Assembly: GCA_040218735.1 (NCBI GenBank)
Contig: JAVJQW010000043.1
Location: 320,001 to 384,000, forward strand
Length of the DNA: 64,000 nt
Origin: Deltaproteobacteria bacterium
GTDB lineage: Bacteria; Myxococcota; Kuafuiibacteriia; Kuafuiibacteriales; Kuafuiibacteriaceae
Direction of reading: 5' to 3'
Shown: in pieces, positions 26,728 to 36,578 of the stretch
Layout: each line of letters opens with the position of its first letter
How positions within the stretch are numbered: position 1 is the first letter of the stretch
Made by a program: the position numbers and the translations under genes
Notes under the pieces: model-generated
Database searches by the model: none
What the model saw: only the letters and a program-made list of their open reading frames with translations
What the model was told of the DNA's origin: nothing

Positions 26728-27968
26728 TGCGACGCGCGGCAGCGTTCGCGTTGCTCGCGTTCGTCGCGTGCAGCGGGCGCGAGACGATCGTGAATCAGCC
26801 GCCGGTGGCGATCGCGCCCGCGGACGTGGTCACACGTCCGGGCGTGAGCGTCACGCTCGACGGCGGAGCGTCGAAGGACGCGGACGGAGAGATCGTCGAG
26901 TACCGCTGGGACTTCGGCGACGGGGACACCGGCGAGGGGCGCGTCGTCGAGCACGTGTGGCAGACCGCGGGGGTGTTCGCGGTGACCCTCACGGTCGTCG
27001 ACGACCTCGGGGGCGAAGACGTGGACGCGTTGAAGGTCACGACCTCGACCGGCACCAACACGAACCAGATGCCGTCCGCGGTGATCATGGGGCCTGCGCG
27101 CGGGCTCCCCGGCGAGACACTCGCGTTCGACGGTACGTCGAGCAGCGACGCCGACGGCTCGATCGTCGCGTATCGCTGGACCTTCGGGGACGGCGGCACC
27201 GCGGACGCCGCGTCGACGAGTTACGTCTACACCGCCGAGGGGAGCTTCACGGTGACGCTCGAGGTCGAGGACGACGAGGGGGCGCTCGGGCGTGCGTCGC
27301 GGTCGGTGGTCATCGGTCAGAACATGAACAACCGCGCACCGCTCGCGGAGGCGGGCCCGGACCTGATGGCGGCGCTCGGCGAAGAGGTTCGTTTCAATGG
27401 AACGGCGTCGACGGACCCGGACGGCGATCCGATCGTGAGCTACGCGTGGGACTTCGGTGACGGCGCGACGGGGTCGACGCCCGAGAGCGCGCACGTCTAC
27501 ACGGCGCCGGGCACGTACACCGCGACGCTGGTGGTGACGGACGACGGGGGCCTCACCGGGCAGGACACGACGACGGTCACGATCGCGCCGCCGGCGAGCT
27601 ACGACGGGCGGTGGTTGTTGAACCCGAGCATGGGCGCGCAGAACTGCCCGCGTACGCAGATCGTGTTCCCGACGGCGCAGCTCGATCTGACGGGGACGAC
27701 GACGATGATGGCCTCGGCCGACGTCGTGGGGGCGTCCCGGACGATGACCGGAAGCGTGGATCGTGGGGAGAGCCCGCCGCGGGTGATGTTGTCGTGGATG
27801 GGCTCGGAGAGCCACGCGTCGTGCGGGACGGCCACGGTGCGGCACAGCCTGTCGGGGACGTTCACGTCCGAGACGACGCTCGCCGGTACGGTGACGGTGC
27901 TGTACATGTGGACCGACGCGTTCTGCAATTGTTCGCGCGCGTTCGACTTCACCGGAGCCAAGCAATGA
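26727..27968 (+). CDS. PKD-domain lipoprotein (three PKD domains), paralogue of the upstream gene
   Basis: ATG at 26727 overlaps the upstream TGA. MRRAAAFALLAFVAC signal and WDFGDG/WTFGDG repeats. Confidence 0.88.
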   Translation: MRRAAAFALLAFVACSGRETIVNQPPVAIAPADVVTRPGVSVTLDGGASKDADGEIVEYRWDFGDGDTGEGRVVEHVWQTAGVFAVTLTVVDDLGGEDVDALKVTTSTGTNTNQMPSAVIMGPARGLPGETLAFDGTSSSDADGSIVAYRWTFGDGGTADAASTSYVYTAEGSFTVTLEVEDDEGALGRASRSVVIGQNMNNRAPLAEAGPDLMAALGEEVRFNGTASTDPDGDPIVSYAWDFGDGATGSTPESAHVYTAPGTYTATLVVTDDGGLTGQDTTTVTIAPPASYDGRWLLNPSMGAQNCPRTQIVFPTAQLDLTGTTTMMASADVVGASRTMTGSVDRGESPPRVMLSWMGSESHASCGTATVRHSLSGTFTSETTLAGTVTVLYMWTDAFCNCSRAFDFTGAKQ

Positions 27969-28603
27969 ACGACCGCCGTCCGCCCCCCGCCCCCAAACGC
28001 AGCCCCGGCAAGATCATCGCCGCCGTCGTCGCGGTGATCGCCGTGCTGATCGTCCTGAACGTCGGGTTCGGCGTGTTGATGGTGATGATGGCGGACGAGC
28101 AGCCAGCGACCGCGGCGGAGCGGGAGCTGCTGATCGACGTGTCGATGGTGAAGGATGCGCTCGAGTTCTTCGAGCCGGACCCCACGAAGGCGTCGGCGAA
28201 GCGCCTGAAGTACTTCGACGGCTCGCTGGAGCTCGACTACACCTACGACGACCCGCGCGGCTCCGCGCCGTTCCTCACGCATGTCATCAGCTACGAGCGC
28301 AAGTCCTCCGACGCCCTCGCGACCTACGGAACGCAGTGGGGCTCCGCGAAGCTGATGCTCGCCGCCAGCGGCGAAGACATCGACATCGTCGAGCCCGCGG
28401 ACGGCTACCATTGGGGCGAGCAGTCCTCGTTCGGCATCATCACCGCGGGTGGCGATCCGGTCGGCAACGTGTTCGTCGCGCGGAAGGGGAAGATGGTCGT
28501 GTACATCATCTTCTCCGGCGTCTTCTTCGACGACGCGGAGACGTTTGCGTCGACGATCGAGCCGTACCTGGAGAAGGCGGCGGTGTACGGCAGGACGCTG
28601 TAG
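27965..28603 (+). CDS. Hypothetical membrane-anchored protein
   Basis: ATG at 27965 (ATGA overlap). One TM helix (IIAAVVAVIAVLIVLNVGFGVL), then a soluble domain. Confidence 0.75.
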   Translation: MNDRRPPPAPKRSPGKIIAAVVAVIAVLIVLNVGFGVLMVMMADEQPATAAERELLIDVSMVKDALEFFEPDPTKASAKRLKYFDGSLELDYTYDDPRGSAPFLTHVISYERKSSDALATYGTQWGSAKLMLAASGEDIDIVEPADGYHWGEQSSFGIITAGGDPVGNVFVARKGKMVVYIIFSGVFFDDAETFASTIEPYLEKAAVYGRTL

Positions 28604-28611
28604 ACAGCGCC

Positions 28612-29586
28612 TTAGAAGGTCCCGCCGATCCCCACACCGTTCGGCGTGAGCACCGGGCCCCACGTCACCGCGTCGCCCTCCGCCTCTAGGCTGCTCTTCG
28701 GCACCGGGTCCTTCGTCTCGACGAGGACGTGGCCGAGCACGGCGACGAGGGCGCCCACGAGCTGGACGCCGGCGCCGACGTAGCTGAGGACGTTCTTCTC
28801 TTCGCCGAGCGCTTCGAGCTTCGTGGACTCGTAGAGGATCGGTCCGACGACCGGGAAGAGGGAGTAGTAGATGTCCGAGAAGTCGCCGTCGATCAGGACG
28901 ATGACGATGTTCGTGAGGTAGGCGGCGCCGAACGTGCCCCAGCCTCCGAAGATCAGCGCGAGCTCGCCACCGGTAGCCGGGGGCGTGACCATCTCGTCCT
29001 TCACCTCGGCCGGCGGCGGGGGCGGCGGAGGAGGCGGGGGCGGCGGTGCCTCGGCCACCTCCGGCGGAGGGGGAGGCGGGGGCGGCACGAGCACCACGAG
29101 GAGCTCCTTCGCGATCTCCTCGACGGCGCGCATCAGGCCTTCGTCGCTGCCGTCGCTCTTCGCGGACGCGGCGCCCGCGGACGCTTCACTCGCGAGGTCG
29201 AGGACCTCGGTGGTGATGACGAAGTTGCTGCCGAAGCGGTTGAGGCGCGAGCGCAGGATCTTGTCGGCGGCGAGCTCCTTGCCGAGCGGGATCTGACAAG
29301 AGGCGTCGACGCAGGTGCGGTACGACTTCTTCTTCTCCCGCTTCATCAGCTTCTTCAGCTGACGGCGCTGCTCGCTCTTGTCGACGACGCGCACGGAGCC
29401 CTCCTCGGCGAGCTTCACGCGGAGGTAGTCCGTCAGCGCGCGGATGAGCTTCTTCTTCCGTCGCGACGCGTCCTCGATCTCGAACACCGCGACGATGGGC
29501 CCCTCGTTCGCGAACACGTCGGGGAGGTCCGCCGCGAACACCGCGACGGCGAGCAGGAGCGTCGACCAGGCCTTCGGCAACCGCAC
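28612..29586 (-). CDS. Secreted protein with CsgG/TolB-N-like domain, poly-Pro linker and hydrophobic C-terminus
   Basis: Signal peptide, VAVFEI...CVDASCQIPLGKELAAD, two Pro tracts, and ends GIGGTF. Confidence 0.7.
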   Translation of the reverse strand: MRLPKAWSTLLLAVAVFAADLPDVFANEGPIVAVFEIEDASRRKKKLIRALTDYLRVKLAEEGSVRVVDKSEQRRQLKKLMKREKKKSYRTCVDASCQIPLGKELAADKILRSRLNRFGSNFVITTEVLDLASEASAGAASAKSDGSDEGLMRAVEEIAKELLVVLVPPPPPPPPEVAEAPPPPPPPPPPPPAEVKDEMVTPPATGGELALIFGGWGTFGAAYLTNIVIVLIDGDFSDIYYSLFPVVGPILYESTKLEALGEEKNVLSYVGAGVQLVGALVAVLGHVLVETKDPVPKSSLEAEGDAVTWGPVLTPNGVGIGGTF

Positions 29587-29616
29587 GATCGGGGCCCTCT
29601 TAACACGGATCGGGCG

Positions 29617-32067
29617 TCACAACAGATCGACCGGGTCCACGTCGAACACCAGATCGGCGCCTTTCACCCGATCCGCCGCGCGGTGTTTGATCTGCGTCAT
29701 CACGTGCACCAGGCGGGCGGGCGTCGGCGCGAAGACGAGGACGCGCCAGCGGAAGCGATCGCGGATCTTCTCGATCGGCGAGGGGCCTGGGCCCAGCACC
29801 CGTCCGTCGCCCTGGACCAGCGGCTGCGCGATCTCGGCGACCGTCTCCCCGGCGCGCTCGGCGGCGCTCGCGGTCTTGGCGTCCACGCGCACGAGGCCGA
29901 TGCGCGAGAACGGCGGGTAGCCGAGCCCTTCGCGTTGGCCGCACTCCAACTCGTAGAAGCGGCGCGCGTCGTGATCGATCGCGCAGGTGAGCGCGTAGTG
30001 TTGGGGCTGGAACGTCTGGATGACGACGCGCCCCGGGTGGTCGGCGCGGCCCGCGCGGCCGGAGACCTGGGTGAGGAGCTGGAACGTCCGCTCCGCAGCG
30101 CGGAAGTCGGGCACCGACAGCGACGCGTCCGCCAGCACGATCCCCACCAGCGTCACCTTCGGGAAGTCGTGGCCCTTCGCGACCATCTGCGTGCCGACCA
30201 GGATGTCCGCCTCGTGCGCGCGGAACGCCGCCAGGGTCTTGTCGAGCGCGCCGACCTTGCTGGTGACGTCGCGGTCGAGCCGGAGCACGCGGGCGTCGGG
30301 GATGTCGGCGAGCACCGTGTCGACGAGGCGCTCCGTCCCCGCGCCGTGCGGCTCGACGTCGAGCGCGCCACACTTGGGGCACGGGCGGTCCATGGACTCG
30401 AGGTGGCCGCAATAGTGGCAAGCCAGCTTGCGCTGCCAGCGGTGGTGCGTGAGTGAGACGTCGCAGTGCGAGCAGCGCCGCGCGTCGCCGCACGATCCGC
30501 AGAACACCACGGTGTTGAAGCCGCGACGGTTGAGGAACAGGATCGCCTGCTGCTTCTTGTCGACGACCTCGCGCAACCCATCTTGCAGCGCGCGTGACAT
30601 CAGGTGCACGGCGCCCTTCATCGCGCGCTTCTCCTCGGAGAGATCCACGACCTGAATCGTGGGCATGGGGCGGTCGCCCACGCGTCGCTCCAGCGTGAGC
30701 TGTTCGACCCGACCGCGGTCGACAAGCGCCAACGTCTCCATCGACGGCGTCGCCGTGCCGAGGATCGCTACGCTGTTGGTCTTGCGCGCGAGGAACAGCG
30801 CGAGGTCACGCCCGTGGTAGCGGACCTCGGAGCTCTGTTTGAAGGAGGCGTCGTGCTCCTCGTCGACGACGACGACACCGAGATCCTTCACCGGCGCCCA
30901 CAGCGCGGAGCGAGCGCCGAGCGCGATCGACGCTTTGCCGTCCCTCAACCGACGCCAGCGGTGGCGACGCTCGGCGTCGCGGATCGCGGAGTGCAGCACC
31001 ACGACTTCGTTGCCGAACCGACGCACGAAGCGCGCTTCGAGCTGCGGTGTCAGCGCGATCTCCGGGACGAGCACGATCGCACCGCGCCCGAGCTCCCGCG
31101 CGCGTTGGATCGCGCGCATGTACACCTCGGTCTTGCCGGAGCCGGTGACGCCGAACAGCAGGAATGCGTCGGGCCGCTCCGACTCCAGCGCGCCGACGAT
31201 CGGTTCGAGCACGGCGGTCTGCTCTTCGGTGAGCGGCGGCGGGGTCTCGCGTTGGATCGGCTGCCGCGCCTCCATCGCGCCCTCGTACGCCTCGCGCGAC
31301 ACGACGACTTCACGGACGACGCCACGCTCCAGGAGGACCTTCGCCGCGCGCCGGTAACTCGAAGCCCCCAACCACGACTTCAGCGCCTCGACGTCGACCG
31401 GCCCGTCCTCCAGGCGTTCGTACAACTCCAACCGCGTGCGCGCCCGGGCGAGGTGCTCCCACGCCTCCTTCGTATCCAGCGCGCGCTCCAGCACCGTGAC
31501 GTCACCGCCGCTCTCCTTGGCGCCGACCGTGTCCTTTCGAGCGATGAGCCCCGCCGCGACGAGGTGCTCCGCCGCCTTCGTGGGCGCCGCGCTGACCTTC
31601 ACGCCGCGGCCCTTCGCCGTCTTCTCCAGGAGCGCGAGCTCGCGCGCCGTGATGCGCGGGCCGGTCGACAGGCGCACCTGCTGCTCGTCGAGGAACCGGC
31701 GGCCCTCGGGCGTGGCGACGAGCTTCGCGGACGACGCTGCGGTGAGCCCGGGCGGGAGCGCGGTCTTGAGCACCTCACCGGGGGTCGCGAGGTAGTAGTC
31801 CGCAGTGAACGTCGCGAGCTCGAGCAGTGTCTTCGGGACGAGCGGCTCGACGTCGAGGCGTTCGAGGATTCGTTTGAGCTTCACCGGGTCGACGTCGTCG
31901 GGCGGCTCGACGTCCGCGCCCACGACGAACCCCGTCACGCGCCGCGACCCGAACGGCACCAGCACGCGATGCCCGATCGCCAACTTCATCCCGCTCGGGA
32001 CGACGTAGTGGAACGTCCCCGGCACGGGGAGGCTCACGACGACCTCGGCGTACGCGGACGACGACAC
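29617..32067 (-). CDS. priA: Primosomal protein N' (replication restart helicase)
   Basis: GHRVLVPFG, GVTGSGKTEVY, LVPEIALTPQ, VDEEHD, LNRRGF, four CxxC pairs, GTQMVAKGHDFP and QVSGRAGR. Confidence 0.97.
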   Translation of the reverse strand: MSSSAYAEVVVSLPVPGTFHYVVPSGMKLAIGHRVLVPFGSRRVTGFVVGADVEPPDDVDPVKLKRILERLDVEPLVPKTLLELATFTADYYLATPGEVLKTALPPGLTAASSAKLVATPEGRRFLDEQQVRLSTGPRITARELALLEKTAKGRGVKVSAAPTKAAEHLVAAGLIARKDTVGAKESGGDVTVLERALDTKEAWEHLARARTRLELYERLEDGPVDVEALKSWLGASSYRRAAKVLLERGVVREVVVSREAYEGAMEARQPIQRETPPPLTEEQTAVLEPIVGALESERPDAFLLFGVTGSGKTEVYMRAIQRARELGRGAIVLVPEIALTPQLEARFVRRFGNEVVVLHSAIRDAERRHRWRRLRDGKASIALGARSALWAPVKDLGVVVVDEEHDASFKQSSEVRYHGRDLALFLARKTNSVAILGTATPSMETLALVDRGRVEQLTLERRVGDRPMPTIQVVDLSEEKRAMKGAVHLMSRALQDGLREVVDKKQQAILFLNRRGFNTVVFCGSCGDARRCSHCDVSLTHHRWQRKLACHYCGHLESMDRPCPKCGALDVEPHGAGTERLVDTVLADIPDARVLRLDRDVTSKVGALDKTLAAFRAHEADILVGTQMVAKGHDFPKVTLVGIVLADASLSVPDFRAAERTFQLLTQVSGRAGRADHPGRVVIQTFQPQHYALTCAIDHDARRFYELECGQREGLGYPPFSRIGLVRVDAKTASAAERAGETVAEIAQPLVQGDGRVLGPGPSPIEKIRDRFRWRVLVFAPTPARLVHVMTQIKHRAADRVKGADLVFDVDPVDLL

Positions 32068-32073
32068 GCGCGA

Positions 32074-32202
32074 CTACCGCGCCGGGGTGGTGGAGGTCGT
32101 GGTGCCGGCGTCCGCCGTGCGGTGCGTGACGCGCACGCGCACCTTCTCGCGACAGGCCGCGAGCGAGGCGAGCACGATGAGCGCGAGCACCAGCTTCTTC
32201 AT
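32074..32202 (-). CDS. Small 42-aa lipoprotein
   Basis: MKKLVLALIVLASLAAC-REKVRVRVTHRTADAGTTTSTTPAR. ATG overlaps the upstream stop and the gene ends 6 nt before priA. Confidence 0.6.
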   Translation of the reverse strand: MKKLVLALIVLASLAACREKVRVRVTHRTADAGTTTSTTPAR

Positions 32203-32939
32203 CAGGACGTCGGCGGCTCGAGGAGCTGCGGCTCGACGGGCACGTTCACCTGTACTTGGTCGTAGACGACGCGCTGGGTGAGGGTCCCGTTGTCGTAGCG
32301 TTCGTACGTGCGCGGGTACCACTCGCCGGTGACGGCCGAGCCGAACCCGTGCAGCTGTTGGTCGACGACATTGCCGGAGCCGTCGACGGTCACGAGCCGC
32401 ACCGGCACGCGGAGGATCTTGTCGATCCACAGCTGCGGTTTGTTCGTCTCCCAGGGCTTCGCGCCGATGACGAAGGCGACGCGTTTGTCGAGGCGCGACA
32501 GGCTGACGACGCTCGTGTCGATCTTCAAGCGGTCGCAGAAGGCGAGGCCGCGTTTGCCGCCGGGGTCGGAGCTCGCGGCCCCGAGGAAGGTCATGAACGG
32601 ATCGTCGGTGACGATCTTCGCGCGCTCCGCCGCCTGCCCGAGGGTTTGTGTCCAGCGCCGAGCGCCGACGGTCGTCTGCACGATCGTCTTGTCCTGGAGC
32701 TTGTGCTCGATCCGGTGAGCCTTGCCCGGCACGAGCACCTCCCAGACCGGGTGCGGCGCGTCGGTGCCGACCTCGAGGGTGCCTTCGACGACGAGCGACT
32801 TCAGCGCGATCTTGCTGCGGCGTTTGGACACCGACGACAGAATGGCGTCCGCCGGGAGGATATAGGCGTAGGCGATCGAGGAGCAGGCGGTGATCGCGAC
32901 GATCGCAAACGCGCGCACCGGATGAATCTTGCGCGGCAT
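32202..32939 (-). CDS. Secreted hypothetical protein, possibly LolA-like fold
   Basis: Signal peptide ending AYA. Beta-rich, with QLWIDK...PVRL, WYPR and a NVPVEP.L tail reminiscent of LolA-superfamily proteins. Confidence 0.6.
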   Translation of the reverse strand: MPRKIHPVRAFAIVAITACSSIAYAYILPADAILSSVSKRRSKIALKSLVVEGTLEVGTDAPHPVWEVLVPGKAHRIEHKLQDKTIVQTTVGARRWTQTLGQAAERAKIVTDDPFMTFLGAASSDPGGKRGLAFCDRLKIDTSVVSLSRLDKRVAFVIGAKPWETNKPQLWIDKILRVPVRLVTVDGSGNVVDQQLHGFGSAVTGEWYPRTYERYDNGTLTQRVVYDQVQVNVPVEPQLLEPPTS

Positions 32940-33003
32940 GATCCGTCAGCTACCATAGGCCGCCAAGGACGGGGAAGGTGAGTCGCACCTCCGCGGTTTT
33001 CGA

Positions 33004-33912
33004 ATGAAGAGGATGGTCACGAGGATCGAACGCGCACTGCTCTCGACGGTCGTCACGATCCTCGCCGTCGGCGCCGCCGCCCCGGCGTTCGCCCAACAGT
33101 ACGAAGGCGCCCGCCTCCTCGGCCTCGCCGAGGCCCAGCGCGCGCTGACGATGGCGAACGACTCGATCTACATCAACCCGGCCGGGCTCGCTCTGGGGCA
33201 TATGTACAGCCTCGAGCTCGGTTACCTCGACGACATCCGCGGATCCGACCGCCGCTTCAACGCGTCGGTGGTCGACAGCCAGGCCGGCCCCGTCGCCGGC
33301 GGGCTGGCGTACACCTGGACGAAGCGTCGGCCCGAGTTCGCGCCGGAGCCCGACGACCGCCTCGAAGGTCACCGCATGGAGATCGCGCTCGCGACGCGGG
33401 TCGCCGAGAGCGCGGCGATCGGGCTGACCGCGCGTTACATGACGTTCAATCTGCACGACGAAAACGGCGAGCAGATCGAGGACGGCGGGTTCAAGATCTT
33501 CACCGTCGACGTCGGGCTGCAGTGGCGCATCTTCGACGGCCTGTCGATCGGCCTCGTCGGTTACAACCTCACGAACTCCGACGAGCCGGAGGTCCCGCTC
33601 GGTTGGGGCGCGGGGCTCGGCTATCAGCTCGGGTCGTTCTCGATCGAAGGCGACGTCCGCTACAACGCCCAGCGCGGCGAGCCGCGTTACAGCGGCGCGA
33701 TCGGCTACGTGCTCGCGGAGATGGTCGCGCTGCGCGCGGGCGTCAGCTACGACTACGCGACCGAGGGCATCGCGGTCTCCGGTGGCGCGGGGGTGTTCCT
33801 CGACCGCTTCGCGATCGACGTCGGCTACCGGCAGCTCGTCAACGCCGACGACGTCGGCGAGGACTCCGACCAGCGGATCCTCGGGATCGCGCTCCGCGCC
33901 TTGTTTCTCTAG
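33004..33912 (+). CDS. Outer-membrane beta-barrel protein (FadL/PorV-like)
   Basis: Signal peptide (AFA), GARLLGLA...SIYINPAGLA plug motif and alternating amphipathic strands. Confidence 0.75.
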   Translation: MKRMVTRIERALLSTVVTILAVGAAAPAFAQQYEGARLLGLAEAQRALTMANDSIYINPAGLALGHMYSLELGYLDDIRGSDRRFNASVVDSQAGPVAGGLAYTWTKRRPEFAPEPDDRLEGHRMEIALATRVAESAAIGLTARYMTFNLHDENGEQIEDGGFKIFTVDVGLQWRIFDGLSIGLVGYNLTNSDEPEVPLGWGAGLGYQLGSFSIEGDVRYNAQRGEPRYSGAIGYVLAEMVALRAGVSYDYATEGIAVSGGAGVFLDRFAIDVGYRQLVNADDVGEDSDQRILGIALRALFL

Positions 33913-33979
33913 ACGGAGGCCGAGCGCGAAGCGGTCGGTCCGACGGCTGTGCCAAGCAGGGCCGCGAAGCGGCGCTGCG

Positions 33980-35035
33980 TTATGGTGTAGCGCGTCGAAA
34001 CTCCCGCACCAACGGGAGGGCGTCGAGCCACGCGGAGGCGTCGGCGCGGTCGCCGTTGTAGTCGCTCGGGGCGCCCGCGTAGCCGGCGGGGATCTGGCTG
34101 AAGCGCTCCTCCTCGGGGATGTCGTCGGCGACGTAGTGGTACTCGTAGCCGGGGACGAAGAGCTGCTCGGCGGCGAAGACGTCGACGACCCGGACGCCGT
34201 AGCTCGACAGCGTGGTGGTGAGCGCCTGGGGCGGCACGATCCACACGTGGCGCGGCGCCGCGAAGAACAACCACTGGATCTGGCGGTTCTCCGAGAGGAC
34301 GCGGAAGCGCTCGATGCGCCCGTGGTAGAGCGTGCTGCGCGACGCGCTCCGCTCCACGATGCCGTCGGCGAAGTCGGGCGCGAAGCCGTCGCGAATTACG
34401 AGCGAGCTCGGGTCGCCGGGGCGCTCGAACCACGCGACCATCGCGCCGTCCGCGATCCGTTGCGTGGGATCCGCCGCCGCCCGTCGGCGCGGACGGACGA
34501 AGTCGGCGTACGGCTCGACGCGACCCCGTGGGGCGTTGCGGAGCACGAGGGTCAGCGCGTCCTCGTCGTTGGCGACGCGCTTCGCGCGTTGGTTCAGCGT
34601 CTCGAGCGCGGTCTGGATCTCCAGCGGGAGGTCCGTCGTCCGCTCGCGCGACACCACCCGCTCGTACGCACCCTCCGGGATGATCTCGACATCGCCCTTG
34701 CCGATCCAGAAGTCCTCGCCGTCGTCGATCACGTGAGAAGCGACGCGCCACACCAACGACAGGTCCTTGTAGAAGATCCGCGCCGACGTCTTTCTCGCGC
34801 CGGGCGGACGCACGTACGCCACGAAGTAACGAAGCTCCGGGATCTGCAGCGGTGCGGAGACGAAGAACGTGGTGCCGAACAACGCGAACTTCGCGCGCGG
34901 CGGGTAGCGCTTCATGAGCTCGGCGGGGTCGACGCGGTTGGCGGTCGCGAGCGGCGCCGCTTCGAGCTGCGCCCAGAACGCCGCGCGAACCTGTCGCGTC
35001 GACAGCGGATCCGGCGCGACGCTGTCGACGATCAC
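33980..35035 (-). CDS. Hypothetical protein coupled to lgt
   Basis: GTG at 35035 overlaps the lgt stop. Complex sequence (RIFYKDLSLVWRVASH, WIGKGD, FVPGYEYH); no family recognised. Confidence 0.7.
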   Translation of the reverse strand: MIVDSVAPDPLSTRQVRAAFWAQLEAAPLATANRVDPAELMKRYPPRAKFALFGTTFFVSAPLQIPELRYFVAYVRPPGARKTSARIFYKDLSLVWRVASHVIDDGEDFWIGKGDVEIIPEGAYERVVSRERTTDLPLEIQTALETLNQRAKRVANDEDALTLVLRNAPRGRVEPYADFVRPRRRAAADPTQRIADGAMVAWFERPGDPSSLVIRDGFAPDFADGIVERSASRSTLYHGRIERFRVLSENRQIQWLFFAAPRHVWIVPPQALTTTLSSYGVRVVDVFAAEQLFVPGYEYHYVADDIPEEERFSQIPAGYAGAPSDYNGDRADASAWLDALPLVREFRRATP

Positions 35036-35880
35036 GCGGCGTGGAGCTTCTTGCGCTGCCCCATCCCGTAGACCGCGAGGATGACGCCCGTCGTGAAGAG
35101 GCCGAGGGAGATGAGCTGGCTCGTCGAGAAGATCGTGCCGAGCATGTCCTCGCCGCGGCCCGCGTCGCCGCGGACGAACTCCACGGAGAACCGCAGGAAC
35201 GGGTAGAGGAAGAGGTAGCCGCACAGGACCATGCCGTGGAAGCGCTTCTGCGTTCGCAGCATGATCAGGATGAAGAACAGCGTGAGGTTGCCGGCCGATT
35301 CGTACAGCTGCACCGGGTGCACGTGCAGCGACGCGACGGCGTCGTGCGCGATGAGCCCGTGCTGCTGCATGCTCTGGTAGGCGAGGCTCCCCGGCGGGAA
35401 CTGCACGGCGAGCGGGTGCGCGGCGTCGACGGGGTCGCCCCAGCAGCAGCCCGCGGCGTAGCAGCCGATGCGCCCGAAGAACTGCCCGAGCGACACACTC
35501 GGGATCAGCGTGTCGGCGACGACCAGGAAGCTGCGCCCCTTCCGACGGGAGTAGAAGATCGAGAGGATCACGGCGCCGAGGAGGCCGCCGTAGAAGACCA
35601 GGCCGCCCTCCCAGATGTAGAAGAACTTCCAGGGCGCGGTGACGAGGCCCATGAAGTCCTCGACCGCGAAGTACAACAGCCGCGAGCCCGCGATGGCCGC
35701 GATCAGGATCCAGAACGTGAGGTCCAGGATGAACTGATCGAAGTTGCCCTCCGTCGACAGGTCGATTCGCCGCGCCTCACGCGCGCCGAGGTTCATGCCG
35801 ATGAGGAAGCCGAGCGCGATCATCAACCCGTACGTGTGCAGGTCGAAGAGGCCGAAGACGTTGAAGAGTACGGGATGCAT
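35032..35880 (-). CDS. lgt: Prolipoprotein diacylglyceryl transferase
   Basis: MHPVLF, TYGLMIA, IWEGGLVFYGG, GRIGC, HPVQLYES, RFSVEFVRGD and SQLIS. Confidence 0.96.
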   Translation of the reverse strand: MHPVLFNVFGLFDLHTYGLMIALGFLIGMNLGAREARRIDLSTEGNFDQFILDLTFWILIAAIAGSRLLYFAVEDFMGLVTAPWKFFYIWEGGLVFYGGLLGAVILSIFYSRRKGRSFLVVADTLIPSVSLGQFFGRIGCYAAGCCWGDPVDAAHPLAVQFPPGSLAYQSMQQHGLIAHDAVASLHVHPVQLYESAGNLTLFFILIMLRTQKRFHGMVLCGYLFLYPFLRFSVEFVRGDAGRGEDMLGTIFSTSQLISLGLFTTGVILAVYGMGQRKKLHAA

Positions 35881-35891
35881 GAAGCAGGGTC

Positions 35892-36578
35892 CTAGGTCGT
35901 CGCCTTCTCGGCGGTCTGGCCGCTCCGCGCGCGTTGCCAGTCGCGGAGCCACTCCAGGATGAGGAGCCCGACGCCCGTGGAGATGGCGGCGTCGGCGAAG
36001 TTGAAGGTCGGCCAGTGCGACTTGCCGACGTACCAGTCGATGAAGTCGATGACGTAGCTGAGGTGGAGGCGGTCGATGAAGTTTCCGATCGCGCCGCCGA
36101 ACACCAACGACATCGCGGCGATCGAGAGGTACTGGTCGTCCTCCAGCTTTCGCACGAACGCGATGATGAAGATGACCGCGGCGATCGGGACGATCAGGAA
36201 GAACGGGATGCGCACGTCCTCGTCGGACTGCGACATGATCCCCCACGCCGCGCCCGGGTTCTCGACGTAGCGCCAGTTCCAGAAGCCGTCGACCACCGAC
36301 ACCGCGCGACAGCGCGCGCGCGCCGTGCGGCACGGGTGTTTGAGGTGCCCGAAGAACGCGCTGATCTGCTCACCCGTGCTCATGCCCTCGAGCTGCGTGG
36401 CGATCTCGGTCTCGGTCATCGGCGTCGACCCGGAGGCGCCCGCCTGCGCGATCGCGGGGGTGAGGTGTTTGACGGCGAGGAACTTGGTCCACTGATCCAC
36501 GATCCCGACGGCCAACCCGACGGCGATCAGGATGATCCAGCGTTTACCCACGCGAGGGCCCTTACCTGTTGCGTTCAT
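35892..36578 (-). CDS. lspA: Signal peptidase II (copy 2)
   Basis: DQWTK, ENPGAAWG, GGAIGNFIDR, VIDFI and WPTFNFAD. ATG at 36578. Confidence 0.93.
   Translation of the reverse strand: MNATGKGPRVGKRWIILIAVGLAVGIVDQWTKFLAVKHLTPAIAQAGASGSTPMTETEIATQLEGMSTGEQISAFFGHLKHPCRTARARCRAVSVVDGFWNWRYVENPGAAWGIMSQSDEDVRIPFFLIVPIAAVIFIIAFVRKLEDDQYLSIAAMSLVFGGAIGNFIDRLHLSYVIDFIDWYVGKSHWPTFNFADAAISTGVGLLILEWLRDWQRARSGQTAEKATT

Noticed and set aside
29010-29090. G-rich tracts (possible G-quadruplex or slippage site)
   Set aside because: They are explained by poly-proline codons on the minus strand, and mixed codon use argues against a phase-variable tract.
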